NCBI GenBank assembly: GCA_039189765.1
Contig: JBCCYL010000012.1
Location: 1-64,000, forward strand
DNA: 64,000 bases
Direction of reading: 5' to 3'
From: Cyanobacteria bacterium P01_F01_bin.150
GTDB taxonomy: Bacteria; Cyanobacteriota; Cyanobacteriia; CAKZMO01
Part shown: positions 1 through 9,915 of the stretch, piece by piece
Numbering within the stretch: position 1 is the first letter of the stretch
How the letters are laid out: each line of letters starts with the position of its first letter
The notes under the pieces: model-generated
Seen by the model: the letters and a program-made list of their open reading frames with translations, nothing else
Told to the model about the DNA's origin: nothing
The model's database searches: none
Position numbers and translations under genes: made by a program

Positions 1-105
1 ACGTACACCTACGAAATATGGATAGAAGATTCCACCGCTCCAACACTCCGAGCATATCCAATTGAAAATGGGTCATTCACCCTCAAGAAATCGGTTAAAG
101 ACTAG
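1..105 (+). CDS. 3' end of an unknown gene, truncated by the window edge
   Basis: Open frame from base 1 (TYTYEIWIEDSTAP...KKSVKD) ending in TAG at 103-105. Confidence 0.4.
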   Translation, partial: TYTYEIWIEDSTAPTLRAYPIENGSFTLKKSVKD

Positions 106-115
106 AAACCTAAAT

Positions 116-177
116 TCGCAGTAGAGTGACTCGGGCACTGCCGACTACCTTCGCTGCGAACACCCATCCCGTATAAT
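116..177 (+). promoter_or_regulatory. Imperfect inverted repeat and -10 box upstream of the integrase; candidate att site or promoter
   Basis: TTCGCAG (116-122) pairs with CTGCGAA (154-160); TATAAT at 172-177. Confidence 0.35.
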
Positions 178-188
178 GCAGCCGCTGA

Positions 189-1793
189 ATGGTTAGCATT
201 ATGGGCATTATTTTAGGCTACGCTCGGGTTAGCACAGAAGATCAGGCTTACAAAGTCGCGTTGAGCAACCAGGTTGAACGCCTGCTTAACAGTGGCTGCG
301 ATCGTGTGTACTCAGACATTGGCAGCAGGGCCGACGACAACAGAGAAGGGCTAGCCAATGTAATCAGGGATATTGAGTCAGGAGTGGCCGAAGAGATTCG
401 CATTGTTGCCCTTAGTCGCCTAACGTCTTCGCCAACGACTTTAGAACGATTAAGCAAGATAGTTCGAGACTACAAAGTACCTCTAACTGGGTTAGATGAA
501 ACGATCGATCTGTCCAGCGTAGACGGTGAATTTACTGCCATATTGCAAACAGCATTTGCCAAGCGTGAAGTAGGCACAATTAGGCTTAGGTCTGCGCGTG
601 GCCATCAATCGAAAAAGAATCATTCGAGACCTAACGCTTCAGTGCCAGGAGGATACGTTGTTGTTGATCGAAAGTATTGCTTAGATACCCGTTTAATCAC
701 CGAAATAATGCCAGAAGGAACTGATTGCTCCTTGTTTGGCGGAATGACTGTATCTGAATACGCTAGACAATGCATTGAGATACTAATTGATGAAGGTAGC
801 ATCGCCAAAGCGGTAAAAACAATCAATGTAAAATATGACCTATTTCGATTTGAAGGAAAGAAGAGAAAAGAGCTAAAGGCAAACACTTTTGTGATTGAAA
901 GTGTAGAGGATTTAGAAAAGCTTAAAGTAAAGCGTTTTGCTAAGCGAAAACTCTTTTTTTGGACCCACGATAACATGTCTAGATGGTTCCGCGCCCCAGT
1001 CCTCAGAGGGCACACGCCATATAATACCAGATACCTGAAAGGAACTGACAGTGCGGGTCGCAAAATCTATGGGGCATCTAAACCCATCAGCGAATGGGAG
1101 ATACATTACAATACTCACCCTGATCAAATACTGTTAACAGAACTTGAATATCAACAGTTAGAAAATAGAATTTCTCACAATGCCAAAATATGGGCATTTC
1201 ACCTGTTGAAACAACCAGAGAACAGGTACCCGCTATCTGGTTTGTTGCGTTGTGCGAAGTGTGGGCACGGAATGAAGGGGTGTGGAACTAAGAAGCTTAA
1301 AGATGGGTCTACTCGAAGATATTATCAATGTAAAGGCTATACAAAAGGCGTTTGTGATGCTAAAAAAACAGCAAAAGCTGGTGAAATACAAAAAAGTATA
1401 ATTGAGTTCCTGAAAAATGAAGCGCATGTAATGTTTGAGATGCCTGATGCAGTTCAGTTAAAAGAATCCAGTGAAATAATAGAACTCAAGAAGCAGTTAG
1501 ATGGAATTGAAAAGCTAGGTTGCAACCCTGCTCTTTCCCAGGCCATAGCCGACCTTAAAAATCAGATACGCAATTTGCAGATTTTAGAAAAACAAAGCAT
1601 TACCTTGTCAAAGCAAAAACGGACTGAACAACTAGAACTTCTAGAATACGTTCAGTCCATTGAACCATGGGAAGCTCTTGAGCCACAAGACAGCTTCAAA
1701 AAAGACGACTTAATACGGATTTTTCAGTGGCTAATAGATTATGTTGAAATTGAAGACGGCAAAATAAAAGAAATCAAACTTAATCTCTCTTAA
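189..1793 (+). CDS. Large serine recombinase (XisF-like phage integrase)
   Basis: GYARVST catalytic motif, recombinase domain, LSGLLRCAKCG...YYQC...C zinc ribbon and coiled coil. Confidence 0.92.
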   Translation: MVSIMGIILGYARVSTEDQAYKVALSNQVERLLNSGCDRVYSDIGSRADDNREGLANVIRDIESGVAEEIRIVALSRLTSSPTTLERLSKIVRDYKVPLTGLDETIDLSSVDGEFTAILQTAFAKREVGTIRLRSARGHQSKKNHSRPNASVPGGYVVVDRKYCLDTRLITEIMPEGTDCSLFGGMTVSEYARQCIEILIDEGSIAKAVKTINVKYDLFRFEGKKRKELKANTFVIESVEDLEKLKVKRFAKRKLFFWTHDNMSRWFRAPVLRGHTPYNTRYLKGTDSAGRKIYGASKPISEWEIHYNTHPDQILLTELEYQQLENRISHNAKIWAFHLLKQPENRYPLSGLLRCAKCGHGMKGCGTKKLKDGSTRRYYQCKGYTKGVCDAKKTAKAGEIQKSIIEFLKNEAHVMFEMPDAVQLKESSEIIELKKQLDGIEKLGCNPALSQAIADLKNQIRNLQILEKQSITLSKQKRTEQLELLEYVQSIEPWEALEPQDSFKKDDLIRIFQWLIDYVEIEDGKIKEIKLNLS

Positions 1794-2225
1794 TCTCTAA
1801 CATCTTTCGCTTGATTTCTTAGGGCTTCGTTTCTAGCCTTGATTTGCCGTAATCTCCAGAAAAACCATTCTTTATCTGTTGTCGGCGGTCTTTGGTTGTT
1901 CATGTCAGATTCCTGTTACTGAATTGTGGTTGTTACGCGGCATTCGCTCGTCTCTCTCGTCTAATCTGCATCAGCCGCTTATGGTTGCGGATTAGATATT
2001 CTCGTTTCTCAAGACTCATTTGACCTTGGCGTATCTGAAGGCTGTTCAATACTCGAATGGGTATTCATCTCAAGCCCCAGAAATCAGGATCACTAGAATC
2101 GATGTCCCTAGTGTCCACCCACCTGTCACCAATTTTTGAGGCATTTAAGCCTGGGATTGGCTTCAGTGCGCAAGACGGAAATATTGAAGATTGATGATAG
2201 TTTTTTCGCTTGTACTTTCTACTTT

Positions 2226-2708
2226 TCACTCTACCTCCAATGTGTTAATAACAGGCTCCACCCACCACTTTTTTCTCCATGTCCCAGAGTAAACTAATCG
2301 CTTAGAGGAACCGTACCTGACCATTTTTTCGGAGAGAGGAGTTCCTCGGGAAAGTAAGTTAGAGCATTGAGAAGGGGTGAGATTAAGTGCCTTAGAAATC
2401 CGGCTATTGCTAACAGGACCATGCTTTTTGATGAACTCAAATGCTTTCAGGTCATTGCCTCTCAAAAAATATTTTGGATCAGGATTTATAACGTTGATTC
2501 CATACCCAAATCTTTCGAAATTTTGAATCTCCCAACCACTATTTCTAGTGTTTCTAACTAACTGATGTATTCGCCTAACAGGAACTTCTCTCATATAAAC
2601 AGCCTTACCAATTTCATCATATGAAAATGGTCTTTTTTTTGACATAAGTAAATTGACTAATGACCACTGCATTGTTGCTAAGTCTTCAATTGATTTCATG
2701 TCTGTCAT
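2226..2708 (-). CDS. Tandem winged-helix DNA-binding protein
   Basis: SYDEIGKAV...IQNFERFGYGI wing, then a second HTH (SNSRISKALNLTPSQCSNLL); start placed at the ATG just after the nrdJ stop. Confidence 0.55.
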   Translation of the reverse strand: MTDMKSIEDLATMQWSLVNLLMSKKRPFSYDEIGKAVYMREVPVRRIHQLVRNTRNSGWEIQNFERFGYGINVINPDPKYFLRGNDLKAFEFIKKHGPVSNSRISKALNLTPSQCSNLLSRGTPLSEKMVRYGSSKRLVYSGTWRKKWWVEPVINTLEVE

Positions 2709-2709
2709 C

Positions 2710-5700
2710 CTACTTGTAATCTGGCAGTAAACACTTGTCCCCATCACAACCAGCAGGCCCAGCCTCTGCCCCATCCTCTTGATCATGCTTAGTCATCGCG
2801 TCAGCAAAGCTATTCACCGTGCGACGGGCTAACACATCAGCACTCATTTGATCAAACGTCGCCTTATCGATAGGTTCAAAAGGCAAACGTGGGAATGTCT
2901 CATGATCGTCAAACCTCGCCAGAAGAGCAGCGGATATATAACCCTCATCGTCACGAATAGCTTCAAAGATACGAGTGCCCAAAGCTTCTATTTCATGTTC
3001 CCTGAATTCCAAGGTGGCCGATACGTTGTGGCCTGCATAATATTTCTGGACTTGCATATAAAAATCAAATTGTGTTAACGCAGAAAACTGACTGATGTCA
3101 ACTTCGTCAGCACCTGGTAAATTGGCCCATGGCACTTCGGTAGGAATCTCTACTAACCATTCTGTACAGCGCGGGTCCATTGGATCATCCAGCAACCGCC
3201 CGTCTTCGTCTTTGTCAGACTGGCTGGGCACCACTGTGTATCCGTAATCAATGCAAGCCAGCGCTACTGGATCATTCTTGCCAAAGGTGACGCGGCGGAT
3301 GAATCGCTGAGATTTAGGTGGTGCCCAGCCGCTAGAAGCCCCTGTCAGCAAGGACTTGGTATTGTGAGACTTAATCGCCCCCTGCCAATACCAAGAGTCA
3401 TCGTCATTGACACCTTCAACAGCAAAATCATAAGTATGACAAGATTTTCCATATTCAATACTCTCAATTTCAAAAGGATTGAAATTGAATTGCCTTGCAG
3501 GTTTCCGAATCGGACGATCTTGAAGCTTCAAGCTTAAGTTATTCAAAATAACACAGTCTTCCCAATTAGATTTCATCCTAGACAGGTGAACAGACCAAAT
3601 ACTTTTACTCTCTTGAAAGTTTTGCCCTTTGGTATTGTGGCTAATAGCCAGAGACAAGCCAACAGCTTCACCCACTTGCTGTAAATTTCGAATAAATTGC
3701 TCAGAAGCTAAATCAATAGAAAAGCTTCCATTTCTTGGGCATCCATCACAATCAATTAGGCCAGCAAAAAAAGCAAGAATGGATTGTCTAGAGCTAGTCC
3801 TAACTGCATAAGGAATTCGCTCTATATCTTTACTTCGACCATCTTTTTTAAGTTGATTTAATGTAAACCAGTCATAGAGCCTAACGGAAGCATATACCAA
3901 CTCACCACGTCTCCCATCTAAATCAAAAAACAGATTTCCCTCGATTCCAAATAAACGATCTCCAATCGATTTAATATGGCGAAGAATATTCTTGTCGCCA
4001 TGGGTAAACCTGACCCTCTTTTTGCTAAAAGACAAACACCCATTACCAAATAAGGCTCCCAGAAAGTAAGCCAAATCTAAATTCATCGTTTTTGGCGTAG
4101 ATACAGTTTTAGAAATAACACCTCTATTACTTCCTGTAATTAAAAATCTTGATTCTCGACTATATCGATCATCATCCAAAGGGATGAGCTGCGCTTCCAC
4201 TGTTCTAATGTACTGACCAAGAGAATAGTCAATAGGCATGCCCTTAACCATATGATCAGCCCTGACCCACTGACCATTAATTGACAGTCTATGGTCAGGG
4301 GTCATCTTTAGAATTCGACCATTTTTTAGTGTAATCTTCACGACGGGCAAAACGTCATTAGCGATTGCGGTAGAAGCGCCGACCCCAGAACGCACTGAGT
4401 AAGGCAAATCAGTTGTTTCTCCGCTACCTGGAGAAACAACTTCATCGGCATAAATAAGCCCTTGATCAAAAACTCGCAAAGCTGTTCTATCGAGACATCC
4501 AGCGGGCTGCACTGTTGTACTACGATTAGGGCATTTGATATTGTGGCGATTGCAGTACTCTTTAACAGTAGATTCAACGATATCTCGCCATTTCCTCAGG
4601 TATTCTTTTTCTTGTAATCGGAATATTCGGCCAAAATTATTGTCCGGTCTACCTGCTGCCCACCACTTAAGCCAGTCAACGCCAAACGCATTTACAAAGA
4701 AGTCAAACAGACCAGTAAAGGAAACACCCACAATGGGGTCTTCTTCACGCGACTTCTGATAACGTGGCTCAACGAACTGGTGATGAAGAAGAGCTACAAC
4801 ATCCAGGGCACCAGCACGAAATGCCTGCTCCTGCTCTCGCTCATTGTTCGGATCAATCTGATTAAGGTGTACCTCAGATAGATCACAATGAAAATCCTCT
4901 CCAATAATCTCTCCGCAATTGCCTACAAGGATTCCGTTGGCCAACGTAAAGCGATTATTTGTTTCCACTGTACAGCAATAAACCTTGTCGGCTGTTCCTG
5001 CCGATTCTATAGACTTAATAACAGAAAAACCATATCCTCCTGGAAGATAAGATTCACCATTGTTATCCCAGCACCTGACAAGCTTATCGCCTGGATTAAG
5101 CTTGTCGAGCTGAACCTTTACAGACACAGTAGGGTGATCGCCTTCCTCGTAAATCAAAAAATTATGATTGCTCGTAGCGGTCATTGAATGCCCATCTTCA
5201 GTTCTTACGGCAAAAACTGGCTGATTCTCTCCTGTCACCCTAAAATTTTCGCATTTGACCCAGTTGATGCCGTCAAAAACTTTAACCGATTGGCCCACCA
5301 ATTCTTCAATTGGAGCCCTAAAAATATGATCTTTTGCATCTCGACAAACAACCATAGTGCCAGCAGCAAAACATGGATTCAGACCATAGCGATCGTTGCC
5401 TTGTGCTCGTTGCTTTGCCTCCCCTGCCCACTGAATTGCGCCTTCACCAGAGTAGTATTGCTTGCGTACCGATGCGATGCACTCATCTAGCGTAGGCTTG
5501 TGATGAAAGACTCTGGTGTGGTTGGCCATTCTGAGAGCATCACGTTTTGGGTCAACTTTCCACGATCCATCTTCTTGTTGTTGCCAGAGGTTATCCTTTG
5601 CCGTCATGGCTGGCACATCCTCAGATGCAAACTGCCTCATGCCCGCTGATCTTCGCAAATTTCCGGCTACAACTACTACTGCTGCTTCGTCAATTATTAA

Positions 5701-7452
5701 GCAACATTCTAAAGAGGTTAGCTTGCGCCCTACTGCATCGTTAGTAATGGCAGCAACCTTAGCAAACATTTCTTTTAACTTAACCGGGTTAGCCGTGCCA
5801 CCAAATCCCTTTAGCTTCTCCCCCGCAGGACGAACGCTAGAAACATCTACTTCTACCATCAATTCTGAATGGAGTGATTCATCAGATGACAGCTCAAGAA
5901 GTTTTTGGTAGGCGTTACACCAGCCTTTTCGAGAATCCCCGACTGTTATTTTTACTACGTTTCCAATCCTCCTAACAGTGGTGTATTCATCACGAAGATT
6001 TGATGGCACATCCCCATAATCGCCAAGAGTCCTGACATTCAGCGTATTCCGTATCTCTGGCAACTGCGAAATATATCGCTCTTCCAGTACAGCCCCTGTA
6101 CCGCTACCCATCATGGCCAGCTCCATAAGCAGCCCAAACGACCGCCAATCAATGATATTCGAACTAGTGCAATTTCCTGTTTCGAGAAACCCGTCAATAA
6201 CAAAGCCACTTGTGGCGGGCTCCTCACAGCAGAAAACCTCTTCTTCGAGGCCAATATCTTCAACAGAGATAACTGTCCATCTTGCTCTATTTGAGCTTTT
6301 CACCTTAAACCCTTCTTCCTGATCACTGCGAATAAAATCCTCTTTTTTAAGACTATCCAAGGCAAGAGTGATATATCTAGAAGAGACTTTCCTCGCCCCA
6401 TAGTTTGTGATGTAATCATGATCACCAGTGCCACTTACCCTAATCCCTAGCCTCGGTAAATGCTTTTCAAGGAAAGCAACCAATTCATATGGACCTGATA
6501 TTTGGATAAGCTTATTCCTTACTGTACAAGATCCATCAGTAGCCATTAGTCCACGAAAGAAGCCAAGAATATATTCTGGATGAACAGTTGTCGGAAGTGA
6601 CTTTAAGTCGCCTCCTGGTAAAATTTCATCTGGGAACTTATCTGCATAGGCAATTGCATCACCTCCGTAACTAGGAGGGGTAGAGTAATGTGCAGCTTCA
6701 AAAGCTAGATGAGACAACAACTCATTTTTAGCCCCGCACAAACGAATCTGAAAATCCCATCCACTAGTAGTTGTGCGAGTTCCATCACCATAGTAGATGC
6801 CATGAAGCACTCCCCATAAGTACTCCCTCGAATCGGACGAAGGTCGATTTGGATAAACTCTATGGATTTTGTCACCCTTCTTGATTTCTCTGGTAAAAGT
6901 CGCCTCATGCGAACCATCAATAAACCAACGATGATCTGGCGTAGCAAAAACCTCTTGAGTTTTCGTATAGTTCTTAAGAGTGATCTTGAGTAATTTATCT
7001 ACTCCATAACTATTAAATACGACTTCTTGCCAGTTGCCGTTGCGGTCAGAGACTTTTACAGGAGTTCCTACAATTTCGCTAATCTCTTGAAATCCGCTAT
7101 CAGTCAACACTTTCGTAGACGCTCGAAGACAATTATAAGCTCCACTGTAGTTATTGGGGTCTTTAATCCAATCAGTGCCACCTACCCACAGCCAACGCCC
7201 CGACGGTAATGTTTTCTGCGCCAGCGCATAATCCCTGACCAGCTCAGCTTCTGCATCGGTGAACTGACCCAATTCAACGAGGTGGCCAATGCAGCGATCT
7301 ACGGTCTCATGCCACGCTTCTCTATGTTCGTTGCCATCTTCTCCTGCGGCCCTACGGCTATATGTTCTATAAAAAACTGAATCTGCTGCTGGTGCAGAGA
7401 CAGGAAATTGATGATCGGTGTTCTGGGTCTTGTTGTTAAGTGAAAAATTCAT
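2710..7452 (-). CDS. nrdJ: Class II (B12-dependent) ribonucleotide reductase with three inteins; about 729 aa after splicing
   Basis: VFYRTYSR, PSGRWLWVGG, VVAGNLRRSA, GLNP|CGEI and TTVQPAG|TKSLL motifs; extein length = 1580-320-152-379. Confidence 0.95.
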   Translation of the reverse strand: MNFSLNNKTQNTDHQFPVSAPAADSVFYRTYSRRAAGEDGNEHREAWHETVDRCIGHLVELGQFTDAEAELVRDYALAQKTLPSGRWLWVGGTDWIKDPNNYSGAYNCLRASTKVLTDSGFQEISEIVGTPVKVSDRNGNWQEVVFNSYGVDKLLKITLKNYTKTQEVFATPDHRWFIDGSHEATFTREIKKGDKIHRVYPNRPSSDSREYLWGVLHGIYYGDGTRTTTSGWDFQIRLCGAKNELLSHLAFEAAHYSTPPSYGGDAIAYADKFPDEILPGGDLKSLPTTVHPEYILGFFRGLMATDGSCTVRNKLIQISGPYELVAFLEKHLPRLGIRVSGTGDHDYITNYGARKVSSRYITLALDSLKKEDFIRSDQEEGFKVKSSNRARWTVISVEDIGLEEEVFCCEEPATSGFVIDGFLETGNCTSSNIIDWRSFGLLMELAMMGSGTGAVLEERYISQLPEIRNTLNVRTLGDYGDVPSNLRDEYTTVRRIGNVVKITVGDSRKGWCNAYQKLLELSSDESLHSELMVEVDVSSVRPAGEKLKGFGGTANPVKLKEMFAKVAAITNDAVGRKLTSLECCLIIDEAAVVVVAGNLRRSAGMRQFASEDVPAMTAKDNLWQQQEDGSWKVDPKRDALRMANHTRVFHHKPTLDECIASVRKQYYSGEGAIQWAGEAKQRAQGNDRYGLNPCFAAGTMVVCRDAKDHIFRAPIEELVGQSVKVFDGINWVKCENFRVTGENQPVFAVRTEDGHSMTATSNHNFLIYEEGDHPTVSVKVQLDKLNPGDKLVRCWDNNGESYLPGGYGFSVIKSIESAGTADKVYCCTVETNNRFTLANGILVGNCGEIIGEDFHCDLSEVHLNQIDPNNEREQEQAFRAGALDVVALLHHQFVEPRYQKSREEDPIVGVSFTGLFDFFVNAFGVDWLKWWAAGRPDNNFGRIFRLQEKEYLRKWRDIVESTVKEYCNRHNIKCPNRSTTVQPAGCLDRTALRVFDQGLIYADEVVSPGSGETTDLPYSVRSGVGASTAIANDVLPVVKITLKNGRILKMTPDHRLSINGQWVRADHMVKGMPIDYSLGQYIRTVEAQLIPLDDDRYSRESRFLITGSNRGVISKTVSTPKTMNLDLAYFLGALFGNGCLSFSKKRVRFTHGDKNILRHIKSIGDRLFGIEGNLFFDLDGRRGELVYASVRLYDWFTLNQLKKDGRSKDIERIPYAVRTSSRQSILAFFAGLIDCDGCPRNGSFSIDLASEQFIRNLQQVGEAVGLSLAISHNTKGQNFQESKSIWSVHLSRMKSNWEDCVILNNLSLKLQDRPIRKPARQFNFNPFEIESIEYGKSCHTYDFAVEGVNDDDSWYWQGAIKSHNTKSLLTGASSGWAPPKSQRFIRRVTFGKNDPVALACIDYGYTVVPSQSDKDEDGRLLDDPMDPRCTEWLVEIPTEVPWANLPGADEVDISQFSALTQFDFYMQVQKYYAGHNVSATLEFREHEIEALGTRIFEAIRDDEGYISAALLARFDDHETFPRLPFEPIDKATFDQMSADVLARRTVNSFADAMTKHDQEDGAEAGPAGCDGDKCLLPDYK
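3361..4497 (-). mobile_element. Intein 3 in nrdJ with LAGLIDADG homing endonuclease (379 aa)
   Basis: QPAG|CLDRT ... MTPDHR ... KSHN|T; blocks YFLGALFGNG and FFAGLIDCDG. Confidence 0.9.
4918..5373 (-). mobile_element. Intein 2 in nrdJ, a mini-intein (152 aa)
   Basis: NP|CFAAGTMV ... ATSNHNF ... ANGILVGN|CGE; no endonuclease motifs. Confidence 0.9.
6172..7131 (-). mobile_element. Intein 1 in nrdJ with LAGLIDADG homing endonuclease (320 aa)
   Basis: YN|CLRASTKV ... ETGN|C; endonuclease blocks GVLHGIYYGDG and FFRGLMATDG. Confidence 0.9.
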
Positions 7453-7515
7453 TTGTTACTGAGTAATGTGGTTGTTTTGAGATGCTCAACTCTAGAGCCA
7501 TCAGCAGGAAGGATG

Positions 7516-7929
7516 TTATTTGAATCCGGTGATTTGAAATCTCTTAGGTCGAACGCCTGTTTTTTCTATGATTGCGCCTTGACTGCGCAATCGCGACAGC
7601 ATTACTGATGCTGAATTAGATGGATTAGATACTGCGTATTCTTCAGGCCAAAGATATTGAATCAACTCCTTCATCGAACGAGGTTCCTGAAGAAATGATG
7701 CTGCTTTTTGCTGCATTGTCCCCAATATTTGAGGCTTGCGCAATGTATAGCCAAAACCTGAAAGGGTATACACTTTTATTCCTGCTTTTCTGATTGAACT
7801 AATGTGTATTATTAATGCTCTTTCGTCGTTCGAGCGAGGTAAACATTCAATTAATTCATTTTTAGAACAAGCTGGCTTTTCTTTCAGGCGATCAACTATC
7901 CATTGCTCAGTGAAGGTAAGTTTACTCAC
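7516..7929 (-). CDS. OmpR/PhoB-type winged-helix protein with no receiver domain (two wHTH units)
   Basis: LTFTE...ERALIIHISSIRKAGIKVYTLSGFGYTL resembles the OmpR C-terminal recognition helix and wing. Confidence 0.6.
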   Translation of the reverse strand: MSKLTFTEQWIVDRLKEKPACSKNELIECLPRSNDERALIIHISSIRKAGIKVYTLSGFGYTLRKPQILGTMQQKAASFLQEPRSMKELIQYLWPEEYAVSNPSNSASVMLSRLRSQGAIIEKTGVRPKRFQITGFK

Positions 7930-8651
7930 GGCGCTAACCTCGCCTTCTTCGCCCGATTGTCGAAATACCACGCAGCGACAGCCGGAGACCACTCTTTGAA
8001 CCGCTTAAATAGAAGATCACAAAATTGCTGTGCCTCTAACTGTGCGTCTTTTTTCCAGCGCAAATCTAGTAAGTGCATGAGCGATCGCATATTGCAGCTC
8101 AGCATAAAGTGTTGCCGAACATCGAAGGGGATTAGCCCCCTTGCGTGTTCCTCTACCACTCCCTCTTGAACCCGCTGGTAGTAGCGTCCGCAAGCTAACT
8201 CGCACCATTCCAGGTCATCCTCTCTCTGATCTGCGGTGTACTCGTAGTGCTTGCCCTGTCGGTTGTAGTATTTGCCGACAGGGCGAAGATAAAAGACTTC
8301 TTCTACGTCGCGATCGCCCTTTACTACATCAAGGATTCGGGTACCTGTATAGCGAAAGCTTTGACAGTCAAAAGAAATCCCCACCCGATGTCTACTTAAT
8401 TGCTGCATGAATGAGTGGGGGAAATATCCAACATTAAGGATAATCTGAACGTGCTCACAAGGCCCCCAGTGCCCCTTATTTCCCGCCAACAGGTGCTTGA
8501 CTACTAGCTCCCCTGCTTTTTCTTCTCCTGGCCATTCGTGGCAAAAGTCAACTACGAAGTCTTCCGAATAATCTTGGTGCATTGCTGCCCATACTGCTTG
8601 TTGAGGATTAGGCGTTAATCGCACTATTTCTACTCTGAATCTCGAATCCAT
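7926..8651 (-). CDS. thyX: Flavin-dependent thymidylate synthase
   Basis: GHWGPCEH, RHRVGISFDCQSFRY (RHRx7S), EHAR, NMRSLMHLLDLR. Confidence 0.95.
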   Translation of the reverse strand: MDSRFRVEIVRLTPNPQQAVWAAMHQDYSEDFVVDFCHEWPGEEKAGELVVKHLLAGNKGHWGPCEHVQIILNVGYFPHSFMQQLSRHRVGISFDCQSFRYTGTRILDVVKGDRDVEEVFYLRPVGKYYNRQGKHYEYTADQREDDLEWCELACGRYYQRVQEGVVEEHARGLIPFDVRQHFMLSCNMRSLMHLLDLRWKKDAQLEAQQFCDLLFKRFKEWSPAVAAWYFDNRAKKARLAP

Positions 8652-8855
8652 TAGCCCTCCACCATTGCTTGTACTGCCATCAAATACGTTGTAGGGACGA
8701 AATACGATATCCCTGTCCCCACATAATCAGCACGGCACCCGATAACTCCTCGTCGAACCATGTCGTTTCTTGCTTCTGGGGATCTATTGATTACGCTCTT
8801 CCTGAGAAAAACGCGCTCCAAGATGTGAAGTTGCTCCTCTGTCAACACTGGCAAT

Positions 8856-9272
8856 TCACTCACTTTCAATCCCTAACCTCTCTGCTTGATGTACTTCGAT
8901 CGCTGGCTCATATGCCCAAACTTTTACACCCCTCACATCCCAGATATGGGAATCGTCACACTCCGCATCCCTGAACCATGCATCAAGAAATGCTTTGACC
9001 AAGTTGTCTGCATCTGGCCGTTGCTTATGCCCTTGGCCGTTGTTCTCCGCCTTCCACTTCTTCGGTTTTGACTTGGGGAATGGAAGATAGAAGATGACTG
9101 TAAGTCGCTCTGGCAAAGTTTCAGGCTTGATGCTGTGGTCACTCATGAACCGATTAACGCTATCTCTGAATTCTCGGTGACGCTGCACACAGGGTCTTTT
9201 ATTCCATCGGTCCGATACAGTTTCACGCGGCTTAGGGCACGGCTTGATAGGGAGATGGTAGAGCAGTGTCAT
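8856..9272 (-). CDS. rusA: RusA-like Holliday junction resolvase
   Basis: RPDADNLVKAFLDA...DDSHI. Confidence 0.85.
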   Translation of the reverse strand: MTLLYHLPIKPCPKPRETVSDRWNKRPCVQRHREFRDSVNRFMSDHSIKPETLPERLTVIFYLPFPKSKPKKWKAENNGQGHKQRPDADNLVKAFLDAWFRDAECDDSHIWDVRGVKVWAYEPAIEVHQAERLGIESE

Positions 9273-9522
9273 TATCTCCTCACCCCCATAATCCATCCTT
9301 CGTTTATCAAGTCCTGCACTTCTCTGGAGCACGGCTTTTGCTGCGATGTCCAGTAGTCCATTTCAGAGCATCGCTTAAGACGAAATTGCTGTAGCGCTTC
9401 AATAAAACTCTGGGCATAACCCGTGTCCATCAAAGATTCTGCTGTCTGTGCTTTAAGCTTATTCCTCGACTCATCACAAGCAATGATGAGAACACCACCC
9501 CATTCAACTAAGTAAGCTTGCA

Positions 9523-9915
9523 TTACGCCTTCACCCCCATTTCTCGCATCACCTCCCAGTACTTTTCATTTGGCTCAAAAGTGAACCGAACCACTACAAC
9601 TTCCTGGGCAGCGTTGCCCTTAAAGTATTTGCCTATATACTCTTCAACCGTCTCAACCATGTCGCCCTCTCGAACTACGTCCTCATCAGGCATTGCAGAC
9701 AACTTCTGTACCGTAGGAGATTCAATCAAGGTAACTTTGCCAATCTTGTAGCCGCCGTAAGCCATGCATTTATTGACCGCATCGTGAACTAAGCGCCCCT
9801 CGTCCCAAGCCTTCTGCCAGCTCTTCAGCGTGCGCGGCTTCCATATGCGGCGTGTTGTATCCTTACTGCCCAATGGAGGTAGGTATTGTGACGTCCACCC
9901 AAAGCTAATAATCAC
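9523..9915 (-). CDS. ASCH/PUA-like domain protein
   Basis: ISF...GSKDTTRR and DEDVVREG...VVVRF; GTG start overlaps the upstream stop. Confidence 0.6.
   Translation of the reverse strand: MIISFGWTSQYLPPLGSKDTTRRIWKPRTLKSWQKAWDEGRLVHDAVNKCMAYGGYKIGKVTLIESPTVQKLSAMPDEDVVREGDMVETVEEYIGKYFKGNAAQEVVVVRFTFEPNEKYWEVMREMGVKA

Noticed and set aside
98..109. AAGACTAGAAAC shared with the tnpB leader (33897-33908)
   Set aside because: A 12-nt match overlapping a stop codon; compatible with chance
8862..8875. ACTTTCAATCCCTA, matching the end of the CRISPR-like repeat (a similar match at 11587-11600)
   Set aside because: Both lie inside coding frames as Leu-Gly-Ile-Glu codons, with no leader and no rest of the repeat
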